57,862 bases of DNA. Origin: a virus (Duplodnaviria; Caudoviricetes). The stretch spans positions 1-57,862 of the IMG/VR virus record IMGVR_UViG_3300030108_003177; one strand, written 5' to 3'. The position numbers and the translations under genes are program-made. This document shows, piece after piece, positions 37,653 through 47,334 of this stretch. Every line of letters starts with the position of its first letter. Positions within the stretch are counted from its first letter, which is position 1. The notes under the pieces are model-generated. The model searched no databases. It was given only the letters and a program-made list of their open reading frames with translations, and was not told the origin of the DNA.

Positions 37653-39107
37653 ATGGATGGTAATAGACAGGAGGAGAGACGCTTAAAACTGCAATTAAGA
37701 TTGGCACAGTTAGAGAAGAATGAAGCTTGTAAAAATAACTTTTTATCATTCGTCAAAACCATATGGCCGTCTTTTATACAAGGGCGTCATCATGAAATCA
37801 TCGCAGAGAAATTAGAACGAGTTGCGAATGGGGAACTAAAGAGACTTATTATCAACATGGCACCAAGACACACGAAGTCAGAGTTCGCATCTTTTTTGTT
37901 TCCAGCATGGATGATGGGCAGAAATCCAAATATGAAAATCATTCAAGCAACTCACACAACAGAACTTGCAGTTAATTTTGGTCGTAAAGTAAAAAACCTT
38001 TTGGACACGGATGAGTTTCATGAAGTTTTTCCAGAAGTTAAACTTGCAGCAGACAGTAAAGCGTCAGGAAGATGGGATACAAACAAGGGCGGTATGTATT
38101 ATGCCGTCGGTGTAGGATCAAACCTAGCTGGTCGTGGTGGCGATCTTGTTATTATCGACGATCCACACTCAGAACAGACTGCAATGAGCAACAATGGTTT
38201 TGAAGATGCCTGGGATTGGTACACTGGGGGCCCCCGACAGAGGCTACAGCCCGGTGGTACAATCGTTTTAGTGCAGACCCGATGGTCCGAAAAGGATTTA
38301 ACTGGTCAGTTGATACGTTCTATGGCTAAAGACCCGTTGGCCGATCAGTGGGAAATCGTGGAACTACCTGCAATATTCGAGAGTGGTGAGCCGTGTTGGC
38401 CCGAATACTGGAGCTTGAAAGACCTGACGGCTGTAAAAGCGTCAATACCTCCGAGCAAATGGAACGCCCAGTATCAGCAGCAGCCAACGGGCGAGGAAAA
38501 TGCTATCATTAAACGCGAATGGTGGCAAAGATGGGAAAAAACAAGCGTTCCAAACCTACAATATGTTATTCAAAGCTATGATACAGCTTTCTCAAAGCGT
38601 GAAACAGCAGATTTTAGTGCGATTACAACGTGGGGCGTGTTCTATCCAGAAGAAGAAGGCGGTCAACCCGCTTTGATTTTGCTTGATAGCAAGAAAGGAC
38701 GGTGGGATTTTCCAGAATTAAAAGATTTAGCGTTAGAAATGTATAAATATTGGGACCCAGAGACAGTAATTGTTGAAGCTAAGGCGTCAGGTATGCCCTT
38801 GACCCACGAATTACGGAACATGGGCATTCCGGTTGTCAATTTTACACCTAGTAAAGGTAACGATAAGGTGTCAAGAGTACATTCCGTGTCTCCGTTGTTT
38901 GAAGCAGGCATGGTTTGGGCCCCCGATGAAACTTTTGCAGACGAAATGATAGAAGAGGTTGCAGCTTTTCCAAATGGAGAGTATGATGACCTTGTAGATA
39001 GTATGACACAGGCCTTAATGAGATATCGTCAGGGTAATTTTGTACAGTTACCGAGTGATGATTGGGGCGAAGAGGTTGATTCTGTCAAAGTAAGAGCGTA
39101 TTATTGA
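37653..39107 (+). CDS. terL: Terminase large subunit
   Basis: INMAPRHTKS, IIDDP, QSYDTA, VEAKASG, DDLVDS. Confidence 0.95.
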   Translation: MDGNRQEERRLKLQLRLAQLEKNEACKNNFLSFVKTIWPSFIQGRHHEIIAEKLERVANGELKRLIINMAPRHTKSEFASFLFPAWMMGRNPNMKIIQATHTTELAVNFGRKVKNLLDTDEFHEVFPEVKLAADSKASGRWDTNKGGMYYAVGVGSNLAGRGGDLVIIDDPHSEQTAMSNNGFEDAWDWYTGGPRQRLQPGGTIVLVQTRWSEKDLTGQLIRSMAKDPLADQWEIVELPAIFESGEPCWPEYWSLKDLTAVKASIPPSKWNAQYQQQPTGEENAIIKREWWQRWEKTSVPNLQYVIQSYDTAFSKRETADFSAITTWGVFYPEEEGGQPALILLDSKKGRWDFPELKDLALEMYKYWDPETVIVEAKASGMPLTHELRNMGIPVVNFTPSKGNDKVSRVHSVSPLFEAGMVWAPDETFADEMIEEVAAFPNGEYDDLVDSMTQALMRYRQGNFVQLPSDDWGEEVDSVKVRAYY

Positions 39108-39114
39108 GGGTAAA

Positions 39115-39540
39115 ATGGCTAAATCAGTAGTAAAAAATGCAACTAAAGAAACCATAGAGGAACTCATGGATAAATTTTATCCAGAGACTGATATATTTGA
39201 TCGTTTGTTGGGAAGACCAACACAGCCCGAAGTCTTTGATCTAAGAGAAGAACAGTATGAAGGCATGGCACCTCCTCTTTTTGACGTTGATGTCGATGAT
39301 ATTACTTACGAAGCCCCGACAGAACTACCTATGGAATCAGAAGGCATTCGCTCTATTGGACTAGAGAGCGGAGGTAATGCTGGTATTGAAACTTTAAAAC
39401 AAACAACCATACAGCTACAAGAGATCCCGCCTGACAGAAACATGACTGTCCTGCAAAGAATGATGAAACAAGCAGGGGCCCCGGCACAGGACCCGAAGCT
39501 CTTGGCTCAAGTGTCACAAGTCTTAGGAAGAGATGACTAG
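39115..39540 (+). CDS. Hypothetical late protein
   Basis: Between TerL and portal; carries LESGG. Confidence 0.5.
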   Translation: MAKSVVKNATKETIEELMDKFYPETDIFDRLLGRPTQPEVFDLREEQYEGMAPPLFDVDVDDITYEAPTELPMESEGIRSIGLESGGNAGIETLKQTTIQLQEIPPDRNMTVLQRMMKQAGAPAQDPKLLAQVSQVLGRDD

Positions 39541-42424
39541 CTATTTAGCAAAACAGCAAGCTTACAAAGAAGACCCAGAAGCATTTGCGGAAGGGCAATA
39601 TTTTGGTGCTTCTATGATGCCCGTATCAGGTGAAGCTATAGCGGCTTACGAGCTACCGGGTATTTTATCTCAGGCTAAAACTTTGATGCAAGATCCGAAC
39701 TACAAAAAGGCGTTGTTAGGTCTTGGCTTAGGTATATTAGGCACAGCTTCAGTTGCTCCGGGCATAGGTCCTGTGGCAAGATATGCCAAAAAAGGGATTG
39801 AAGATTTTATTCCTTATTTAGGTCCGCAAACAGCTGCTGACGGTGTAGACACTTCTATCTTGATGGCAGGGTTTGGCAAAGATCCAACAAGATTTACCCC
39901 TGGAAAAGTTCCTGATATAGAAAAAGCAAGAGAGCTGGGACAAGAAGAGCTGTTCCCATCAGCTGTAAAAAAAGAAGATGACGTAGAGGATCTTATTTAC
40001 GCCACAAAAGATGTTAAAGGTGAAAAAGCTGAAGATGTATTTACTTTTGGTCCGGGAAGCTTATTTGATCCGAAAGAGAAAAAAGGACGTAAGCTTTTGA
40101 TTATATCCTGTAGTGAAACAAAATGCCCTGATGATAAAAATATGAAAGCGATAGATAGATATCTGGGACCTGTCTTCCAAACGCTTAAAGCTCAAGGTGT
40201 TCCAGAAAATGTAGATGTCGCTATTATGTCCGCGAAACACGGACTTATAAGATCGAATACCCCATTGAAAAACTATAATGAGAAAATGACTAAAGCAAAA
40301 GCTCAGGCATTTAAAAACGATCCTGATCAATTAAACAGGATTAGAAATACCATGATGGGGTACGACAAGGTTATTGTGCAGGGCGGCGAAGACTATAAGG
40401 ATGTTCTAAGAACAGCTGCTGGAGATCTGAAGATTAATGAGATACCGGGTGGCAGGGGCATAGGCGATCAACGAGAATTTGTTATGGACGCTATTAATCC
40501 TTTTAGAAAAATTAAAACACCGGTTTATCATTTTACTTTAAATCCAGGTTTTACGAAATTTGATAAATCAAAGCAAGCTTTGTATGATTTTGGACCTCAT
40601 GTATCTTCTACTCCAAAAGGAGCTCAAGATCGTTTTGTAAGTCAAGTTGGAGGCGTAACCACAAAAGAGGGAGAGTTAATTGTTAAAACAGATTCAGATT
40701 TAAAAGGCGGTTCAATCCCTTTAAAAGCTAATTTGACTAGACCTTTTAATAATCCAAACACTAAAAAACCTTTTACTGAAGGTGAACTTATGGACTATAA
40801 GGTTGAAAGGCTAAAAAAAATATTAGGAGATAATTTTACTAAAGATGATTTGTTATTAGAAACAGACAACTTTAGCGTGACAGAAATTAGAAACGCTATT
40901 GATAAAGTTTCTAAAGATTTAGCAGATAAAGGTTTTACCCATGTTCCTTATGTCAATGAGTTTGAAGATAAAGGTCAGTTATCTTTTGAGATGTTAATAG
41001 ACCGACCCAAAGGCAAGCCTAAGGTTTTGCAGGGAACCTTTGCTAAGAAAGACCCTGAAGCTTTTGACGATCCAGACTTTATGATGAAAGCAGGCGGCGT
41101 GGTTGAAATGAAAGACAAGGCAATCAATATGAACCGCGGCCCACGGGGCATAGGACCTTTTGCACAGTATCTTGAAACTGGAGGTGAGGTTCAGCCAGAA
41201 AGAAATATATTTGAAGAGCAAGCTCCAAAAATAGTCCCTGCCAAGACAGAGGCAGAGGCTCTATCAGAACTTGCTGACCAGGAAATGGGTTTAGAATTAA
41301 TTAACAGGGTAGGCTTTGATCCACTGGCTTACAAAATGATGCAAGCTGGTTTGAGAGATAACAGAACTTTGTCTGATTTTCTGACAATATATCCAACAGT
41401 AACGGACGATATGACCGAAAAACAAAGAAAAGATGCTTTAACAGAACAGATAAGAGGCCTCGGACTTGCTCAAGGTATGTATTTCCCTTTGGATAATATG
41501 GTAGTAGTAGCCCCAATGAACGTAGCAGATGATTATTTTCAAAGTCCTACCGACATGATAATTATGCACGAAATTTTACACAAGGGGGCAGAGACTTTAA
41601 AAAAAGATCCTAACGTAAATATAAAAACTTTGAGAGAAAAGTTAGACACAGATGACTATGCAAACATAGGTGATGATACAAAACCGGGTCGTGCTGAACA
41701 TAGATACATTCAAGCTATAGTTAACAAAGCTTATGTAGATGATATGCTAACACAGTCTTCAATTTACGCTAACAGAGCTATTAATAAGGCTCGAAAAATT
41801 TTAAATGATCCAAAATCTGATGATTTTAAAAAAGAGCTTGCTGAAGATGCCATAAAATTTGAATCCAAATATGTAGAAAGAAATCAAAAAAGAGCTTTAT
41901 TAAAAGAAATTAGACGATCTACAGACTTCTATATGGAGCAATCAGGTAAAAATAAATTTAAACAAGCAATGAATAAAATGTATCCGAACAAAGGTTTATT
42001 TGATGAAGATGCAGAGGATGTAGAAAATAATTTTACATTAAAAGAATTAAAACAAATATTTAATTTACTTAACACTACGATGTTAGACCAACCAGGCACT
42101 AAAGAATTTGCTTTAGAAATGTCAAAGTCAGCTCCAGCAGGAGCATCGATCAAAGGTTATTCAGATCTTTTTCCTACTCAGTTTGCAGATCCAACCAAAC
42201 CTTATTTCAATGAACGACGAAAAAGAACATATGAATTAGAAGGAATTGATGACCCAAGCTATATTGAGGTTATGAGTGCAAGAAGTAAATATTTAGAAAA
42301 AATGAGAGAAGATAGAAAAAAACAAAATAAGGCTAAAGGCGGCGTGGTTGAAATGAAAGATAAAGCTGTTAATATGTACAGAGGTACACGAGGTATTGAA
42401 CCTTTTGTTAAATATATGGTATAG
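39533..42424 (+). CDS. Polyvalent-type multidomain protein (DUF6884-like, ADP-ribosyltransferase-like, HExxH peptidase-like)
   Basis: IISCS.TK...Y.G..F...MSAKHGL; VYH.T...F.KFD...GPH...Y.NEFE; MHEILHKG; two internal GG repeats. Confidence 0.6.
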   Translation: MTSYLAKQQAYKEDPEAFAEGQYFGASMMPVSGEAIAAYELPGILSQAKTLMQDPNYKKALLGLGLGILGTASVAPGIGPVARYAKKGIEDFIPYLGPQTAADGVDTSILMAGFGKDPTRFTPGKVPDIEKARELGQEELFPSAVKKEDDVEDLIYATKDVKGEKAEDVFTFGPGSLFDPKEKKGRKLLIISCSETKCPDDKNMKAIDRYLGPVFQTLKAQGVPENVDVAIMSAKHGLIRSNTPLKNYNEKMTKAKAQAFKNDPDQLNRIRNTMMGYDKVIVQGGEDYKDVLRTAAGDLKINEIPGGRGIGDQREFVMDAINPFRKIKTPVYHFTLNPGFTKFDKSKQALYDFGPHVSSTPKGAQDRFVSQVGGVTTKEGELIVKTDSDLKGGSIPLKANLTRPFNNPNTKKPFTEGELMDYKVERLKKILGDNFTKDDLLLETDNFSVTEIRNAIDKVSKDLADKGFTHVPYVNEFEDKGQLSFEMLIDRPKGKPKVLQGTFAKKDPEAFDDPDFMMKAGGVVEMKDKAINMNRGPRGIGPFAQYLETGGEVQPERNIFEEQAPKIVPAKTEAEALSELADQEMGLELINRVGFDPLAYKMMQAGLRDNRTLSDFLTIYPTVTDDMTEKQRKDALTEQIRGLGLAQGMYFPLDNMVVVAPMNVADDYFQSPTDMIIMHEILHKGAETLKKDPNVNIKTLREKLDTDDYANIGDDTKPGRAEHRYIQAIVNKAYVDDMLTQSSIYANRAINKARKILNDPKSDDFKKELAEDAIKFESKYVERNQKRALLKEIRRSTDFYMEQSGKNKFKQAMNKMYPNKGLFDEDAEDVENNFTLKELKQIFNLLNTTMLDQPGTKEFALEMSKSAPAGASIKGYSDLFPTQFADPTKPYFNERRKRTYELEGIDDPSYIEVMSARSKYLEKMREDRKKQNKAKGGVVEMKDKAVNMYRGTRGIEPFVKYMV
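41081..42421 (+). repeat. Diverged direct repeat (about 90 bp) inside the polyvalent gene, at about 41081-41172 and 42329-42421
   Basis: AGGCGGCGTGGTTGAAATGAAAGA is identical in both copies; the protein repeat is GGVVEMKDKA.NM.RG.RGI.PF..Y. Confidence 0.85.
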
Positions 42425-42443
42425 TTCTCGGAAGGAGACTTAG

Positions 42444-44849
42444 ATGGCAGAAAAACCAAGCATGGTGGACAAAGTTCCAACTCAACTCGATGAACAAGAA
42501 CTTAAAGCTGAAATGGATATTGAAATACCTGAGGGTATGGATATTAACGAAATGCCGGACAATGTAGAGATTGTGGAAGAAGAGGACGGTAGTGTAGTTG
42601 TTGATTTTGATCCTCGTGAAGATAAAGGCATGGACGGTGATTTTTATGCAAACTTAGCAGAAGATATGTCGGATGATGAGCTTGGTCGTTTGTCAGGTGA
42701 GTTGAGCGGAGAGTTTGAGGAAAACAAAAACAGCAGACAGGAGTGGGAAGATGCCTTTGCCAATGGTCTTGAATTACTTGGATTTAGCTACGAAGAAAGA
42801 GCACAGCCCTTTAGGGGTGCCAGCGGAGTTACGCACCCATTACTTGCAGAGTCCGCTACACAGTTCCAAGCACAAGCTTTCAATGAGCTCCTTCCACCGG
42901 GCGGTCCAGTTAGAACTCTTGTTATGGGAACAAGCACACCAGAAAAAGAAGATCAGGCCCAAAGAGTAAAAGAATTTATGAACTATTACATAACTTCGGT
43001 TATGGAGGAGTATACTCCTGAATTCGACCAAATGTTATTCTATTTGCCACTTGCAGGATCTACATTTAAAAAAGTTTACTATGATGAGAACTTAGATAGA
43101 GCTGTAAGTAAGTTTATACCAGCTGAGGATCTAGTTGTGCCATATAGTACATCTGATCTAGAGACCTGTCCTAATATCACTCATGTTGTAAAAATGAGCC
43201 TAAATGACCTTAGAAAGAGACAATTATCGGGTTTCTACAGGGACATACCTGTCATTCCGGCACAGGGCGAAGGATCAGCCTTAAAAGATGAGTTAGAACG
43301 TATAGACGGTATGTATGCCTCTAACGTCGATTATGACTGTACTTTACTTGAGTGTCATGTGGACTTAGATCTTGAAGGTTTTGAAGAAAAAGATGATGAC
43401 GGTGAATCTACAGGCATTAAAGTCCCTTATGTAGTCACTATATCGCAGGACAACGGACAAATACTATCAATACGCAGGAATTACAAAGAAGACGATGCGA
43501 AAAAGAAAAAGATACAATATTTTGTACATTACAAGTTTTTACCGGGGTTTGGGTTCTACGGATTAGGGTTGATACATACCATAGGCGGACTATCAAGAAC
43601 AGCAACAGCTGCACTAAGACAGTTGATTGATGCAGGTACGCTATCGAACTTACCAGCAGGTTTTAAGGCCCGCGGCCTACGGATCAGGGATGATGACGAG
43701 CCTTTACAGCCCGGAGAGTTTAGAGACGTCGATGCACCCGGCGGAGATATTAAAGCCAGTCTTATGTCTTTACCGTTCAAGGGTCCAGACCAGACATTGA
43801 TGGCACTTTTAGGCTTTGTAGTTGACGCTGGACGGCGATTCGCAACGATTACAGATATGAAAGTGGGTGATGGTAATCAGCAGGCGGCGGTCGGTACTAC
43901 GATTGCTATGTTGGAACAAGGCTCACGGGTCATGTCAGCTGTGCACAAAAGACTGCATTATGCAATGAGGTTAGAGTTTAAATTACTCTCTAACGTCATG
44001 TCTGAGTTTTTACCAGACAGTTATCCTTATACGATTGCTGGTGTAGACAGCTCTGTTAAGTCAGAGGACTTTGATGAGAGAGTAGACGTACTACCTGTAT
44101 CTAATCCTAACATTTTTTCACAGGCACAGAGGATAGCATTGGCACAGACTAAGATGCAAATGGCTACAGCGGCACCAGAAATGCACAATATGTATGAAGT
44201 GTTTAGAGATATGTACGAGGCGTTGGGTGTAAGAGATATAGACAGAATACTGAAAAGAACACCTGAGCCAGAGGCAGAGCCAAAAGATCCTGCTTCAGAA
44301 AACATAGATGCATTAGATATGTTGCCTATGGTGGCATTTGAGGGTCAAGATCATGAGGCACACATTATGTCTCATATGGTTTTTGGATCAACACCGCTTG
44401 TAGCTGGTACACCGCAGATTGCTGTGTCTTTACAGAAGCATATAATGGATCATGTAAGAATTAGTGCAAGAGAGAAAGCAGCTGTAGAAATGATACAAAG
44501 CAGTGGTGGTCAGGCGTTGTCAGAAGAGCAGATGCTTGATGTAGAAGCTAGGACAGCACAATATGTTGCAGAGGGCATGACAGCCCTGAAGCAGTTAAGT
44601 GCTCAGTTATCAGCACCAGGCCCTGATCCGTTAGTACAATTAAAAGAAAAAGAGCTACAGGTTAGAGCACAAGCTGAAGAAAACGATGCACAGATTGATG
44701 CAGCTAAACTAGGTCTTGAACAGCAGAAGGTACAGCAAAGAAGCGATCAGTTTGATAAGAGACTTGAGAGTCAAGAAAGACAGACTGCGGCAAGAATAAA
44801 TGCGGCTCAACAGCGTGAAATGATGAAACAACAAAAAGGAGGTCAGTAA
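42444..44849 (+). CDS. Portal protein
   Basis: 801 aa after TerL; PF.GASGV.HPLL.E, LPLAGSTFKKVY, GFGFYGLGL; P22-like portal with coiled-coil tail. Confidence 0.85.
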   Translation: MAEKPSMVDKVPTQLDEQELKAEMDIEIPEGMDINEMPDNVEIVEEEDGSVVVDFDPREDKGMDGDFYANLAEDMSDDELGRLSGELSGEFEENKNSRQEWEDAFANGLELLGFSYEERAQPFRGASGVTHPLLAESATQFQAQAFNELLPPGGPVRTLVMGTSTPEKEDQAQRVKEFMNYYITSVMEEYTPEFDQMLFYLPLAGSTFKKVYYDENLDRAVSKFIPAEDLVVPYSTSDLETCPNITHVVKMSLNDLRKRQLSGFYRDIPVIPAQGEGSALKDELERIDGMYASNVDYDCTLLECHVDLDLEGFEEKDDDGESTGIKVPYVVTISQDNGQILSIRRNYKEDDAKKKKIQYFVHYKFLPGFGFYGLGLIHTIGGLSRTATAALRQLIDAGTLSNLPAGFKARGLRIRDDDEPLQPGEFRDVDAPGGDIKASLMSLPFKGPDQTLMALLGFVVDAGRRFATITDMKVGDGNQQAAVGTTIAMLEQGSRVMSAVHKRLHYAMRLEFKLLSNVMSEFLPDSYPYTIAGVDSSVKSEDFDERVDVLPVSNPNIFSQAQRIALAQTKMQMATAAPEMHNMYEVFRDMYEALGVRDIDRILKRTPEPEAEPKDPASENIDALDMLPMVAFEGQDHEAHIMSHMVFGSTPLVAGTPQIAVSLQKHIMDHVRISAREKAAVEMIQSSGGQALSEEQMLDVEARTAQYVAEGMTALKQLSAQLSAPGPDPLVQLKEKELQVRAQAEENDAQIDAAKLGLEQQKVQQRSDQFDKRLESQERQTAARINAAQQREMMKQQKGGQ

Positions 44850-45142
44850 TGAGCGACAAAGCAAAAAATAGGGCTAAACAAAAAAGTAAAACCAGAACAG
44901 GTTTTCAAGAGCAACAAAAAATGTATGATGCTAAAACAGGCGAAGAAATAACGAACTATGCAAAAAGTTTTGATGAGGTAGAAAAAGAAGAAAGAAGATT
45001 AAAAAGACTTAGAGGAAAAGGTGTGGCTAGAGCAGACAGCAAAAAACCTTTTACAGGTAAATATGACACAAGTCCTTATAACAAACCTTTAGAAAAAAAA
45101 TTTGGTGGGGTAATTAATACAACAGTCGTAAGGGGATATTAA
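44849..45142 (+). CDS. Basic hypothetical late protein
   Basis: TAATG coupling; C-terminal KKFGGVI. Confidence 0.5.
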   Translation: MSDKAKNRAKQKSKTRTGFQEQQKMYDAKTGEEITNYAKSFDEVEKEERRLKRLRGKGVARADSKKPFTGKYDTSPYNKPLEKKFGGVINTTVVRGY

Positions 45143-45143
45143 T

Positions 45144-45353
45144 ATGGCAAAAGAAAGTGATAAAAGAACCGAAAAAGATTTGAGAGAAGAGTTTTTTGAT
45201 GGTCCAGCCTCAGATATTATGAGCTTTGAACAGTTTCTCATACAACAAGGTAGAGGTGATCTTGTTAAACCAATAGGTAAAGAAGCTGGCGGCGTCGTTG
45301 GCGGGTATGAGCTAGTGAAAGGTGATCCAAACTATTACAAAGATTTATTATGA
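45144..45353 (+). CDS. Small late protein
   Basis: KEAGGVV motif; C-terminal YYKDLL. Confidence 0.5.
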   Translation: MAKESDKRTEKDLREEFFDGPASDIMSFEQFLIQQGRGDLVKPIGKEAGGVVGGYELVKGDPNYYKDLL

Positions 45354-45427
45354 GTAATGAAGAGTGGGTTTATCTTATTCTTGGGTTTTGGAGCTATAGC
45401 TTTTTAGCAGGGTTTTATTTTGGTTAG
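45350..45427 (+). CDS. 25-aa hydrophobic peptide (not in ORF track)
   Basis: MSNEEWVYLILGFWSYSFLAGFYFG; ATGA coupling. Confidence 0.35.
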   Translation: MSNEEWVYLILGFWSYSFLAGFYFG

Positions 45428-45746
45428 TAGACAAAAAAAACTACAAAAACAATCAATCTATGCTGAATATGATGAAGATGGTGATGGTATAGTCTCTGAC
45501 GAGGAGCTAAGTCATGTTGCCGATATCAAAAAACTTGAACACGATCTTAGGAAGCAGAGAGCACAAAGGCGGATGGCAACTGCCAGTCTGGTTGCTATGG
45601 CTACTTTTACTGCTGCAATGTTCTTTGTCGATCTCGAAAGAGTTAAAGCACTTGCCGATATTAGTAATCTTTTCTACCTCACTGGTGGTGGGATTGTGTC
45701 TGTATATATGGGTGCATCGGCTATAATGAATAGAAACGGAAAATGA
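45420..45746 (+). CDS. Membrane protein with EF-hand-like loop
   Basis: DEDGDGIVSDEE followed by two hydrophobic helices. Confidence 0.6.
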   Translation: MVSRQKKLQKQSIYAEYDEDGDGIVSDEELSHVADIKKLEHDLRKQRAQRRMATASLVAMATFTAAMFFVDLERVKALADISNLFYLTGGGIVSVYMGASAIMNRNGK

Positions 45747-45937
45747 AGCCTGCCTTTTTGCTCATGTGTTATTTGGCGGGTAATCCAGCGGGCACCTTGC
45801 ATTTTCAGTCAGTCAAGACAGCAGACTATTTTAAATCCTATCTTGATAACCAGACTGTAAGGATTGGTGATGACACGAAGAAATACGATTGTTTCGTAAA
45901 GTTGGTAAAAGTAAACAAAGAAATGAGGTTATGGTGA
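45743..45937 (+). CDS. Small hypothetical protein
   Basis: ATGA coupling. Confidence 0.45.
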   Translation: MKPAFLLMCYLAGNPAGTLHFQSVKTADYFKSYLDNQTVRIGDDTKKYDCFVKLVKVNKEMRLW

Positions 45938-46341
45938 TACAAGCATTAATAGGTCCAGCAACTAAGTTGTTAGGAAAATTTATAGAGGATAAAGATCAAA
46001 AAAACAAATTGGCACATGACTTGGCAACGCTTGCCTCCCGTCATGCTCAGGAGCTGGCCAAAGGTCAGATAGCCGCCAATACAGAACAGGCAAAGCACCC
46101 TAGTTTATTTGTAGCTGGGGCACGCCCGGCCATAATGTGGATCTGTGCTCTCGGCCTCCTAACTCAATTTTTTATCATGCCCATTGCTGAATGGGCAACA
46201 GCAATATGGATGCCTGAGATTAGTTTGCCAAAACTTCAAACAGGGGAACTTATGACCTTAACTCTTTCATTATTAGGATTGGGTGGAATGAGATCCTATG
46301 AAAAGTCAAAAGGTGTAGCAAGGGAGAATATGAAAAAATGA
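45931..46341 (+). CDS. Holin (3TM, GTA-holin-like)
   Basis: LIGP...LGKFIEDKDQK, S.FVAG.RPAI.W, LLGLGGMRSYEK.KG. Confidence 0.8.
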   Translation: MVIQALIGPATKLLGKFIEDKDQKNKLAHDLATLASRHAQELAKGQIAANTEQAKHPSLFVAGARPAIMWICALGLLTQFFIMPIAEWATAIWMPEISLPKLQTGELMTLTLSLLGLGGMRSYEKSKGVARENMKK

Positions 46342-46478
46342 GTTTATATAGAAACATACACGCAAAAAAGAAAAGAATTGCAGCTGGCAGTGGAGAACGT
46401 ATGCGAAAAAAAGGACAAAAAGGTGCACCAACTGCAAAAAACTTTAGACAAGCAAAAAAAACTGTGAGAAAGACATAA
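46338..46478 (+). CDS. Small Lys/Arg-rich protein (46 aa, not in ORF track)
   Basis: MSLYRNIHAKRKRIAAGSGERMRKKGQKGAPTAKNF...; ATGA coupling. Confidence 0.65.
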   Translation: MSLYRNIHAKKKRIAAGSGERMRKKGQKGAPTAKNFRQAKKTVRKT

Positions 46479-46522
46479 CGCAGGATTTATTTAGACATTT
46501 AAGAATACATACGGGTCATAGA

Positions 46523-46660
46523 ATGGAAACAATATTGTGTGAAAGATGTAAGGTTGCGATGAACAAAACAGAACTAGCTTATGTTTATCGTTGCCCTGTA
46601 TGTTTTACAGTTGTCGAAGAACCACCAAAAGATCAAACAATAGTTGAAGAACAAGACTAA
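46523..46660 (+). CDS. Small zinc-ribbon protein (45 aa, not in ORF track)
   Basis: CERC...YRCPVC. Confidence 0.5.
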   Translation: METILCERCKVAMNKTELAYVYRCPVCFTVVEEPPKDQTIVEEQD

Positions 46661-46674
46661 ATCTGTTACTGTGT

Positions 46675-46710
46675 ATAAGAAGATATAAGACAAAGTAGGA
46701 AGTTATAAGT
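46675..46710. promoter_or_regulatory. Operator-like array of four 10-bp-spaced hexamers
   Basis: ATAAGA, ATAAGA, GTAGGA, ATAAGT at 46675/85/95/705, directly before the head operon. Confidence 0.5.
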
Positions 46711-46715
46711 TAATT

Positions 46716-46919
46716 ATGTCAAAAAGTGAGATTTATCTTGCAGAAGCAGTTTTTCGTATTATAAATGAAAGAAAGAAACAAATTTCTGAGGCTTTGTTGT
46801 ACGACAGCGTAAAAAATATGGAGCAGTATCGACAGCTCATGGGTGAAAGAAAAGCTTTAGAGTATGTTGACGAGGAACTAAAAAGTTTACTGGACCGTCA
46901 GGAGAAAGACGATGAATGA
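46716..46919 (+). CDS. Conserved small head-module protein
   Basis: V.NMEQY..LMGE..AL pattern usually found before phage GroES. Confidence 0.55.
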   Translation: MSKSEIYLAEAVFRIINERKKQISEALLYDSVKNMEQYRQLMGERKALEYVDEELKSLLDRQEKDDE

Positions 46920-47325
46920 TACAGCATTAGACAAAATGTATGTAGAGCCCCAAGAAAGGGTCTTAGACCCGAGTTTAGCAGATCAGAGCCTAATAGACCG
47001 AATGCCAAGTCCAACCGGCTGGAGACTGCTTATTTTGCCTTACAGGGGCAAAGGAAAGACAGAGGGTGGTTTATACCTACCTGATAAGGTTGTAGAAGAT
47101 AATCAAATATCAACTCAAGTTGGTTTCGTACTTAAAATGGGTCCTATGGCTTACAAAGATCCAGAGAAGTTTCCAAGCGGGGCTTGGTGTGCAGAAAAAG
47201 ACTGGGTGATGTTTGCACGTTATGCAGGATCAAGGTTTAAAATAGACGGCGGTGAGGTGAGAATACTTAACGACGATGAGATTTTAGCTAAAATACAAGA
47301 ACCTGAAGATATTTTACATTTTTAA
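46912..47325 (+). CDS. groES: Co-chaperonin GroES-like protein
   Basis: PTGWRLLILP, KTEGGLYLP, V.FARYAG, RILNDDEILA. Confidence 0.85.
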   Translation: MNDTALDKMYVEPQERVLDPSLADQSLIDRMPSPTGWRLLILPYRGKGKTEGGLYLPDKVVEDNQISTQVGFVLKMGPMAYKDPEKFPSGAWCAEKDWVMFARYAGSRFKIDGGEVRILNDDEILAKIQEPEDILHF

Positions 47326-47334
47326 GAGGAAGAT

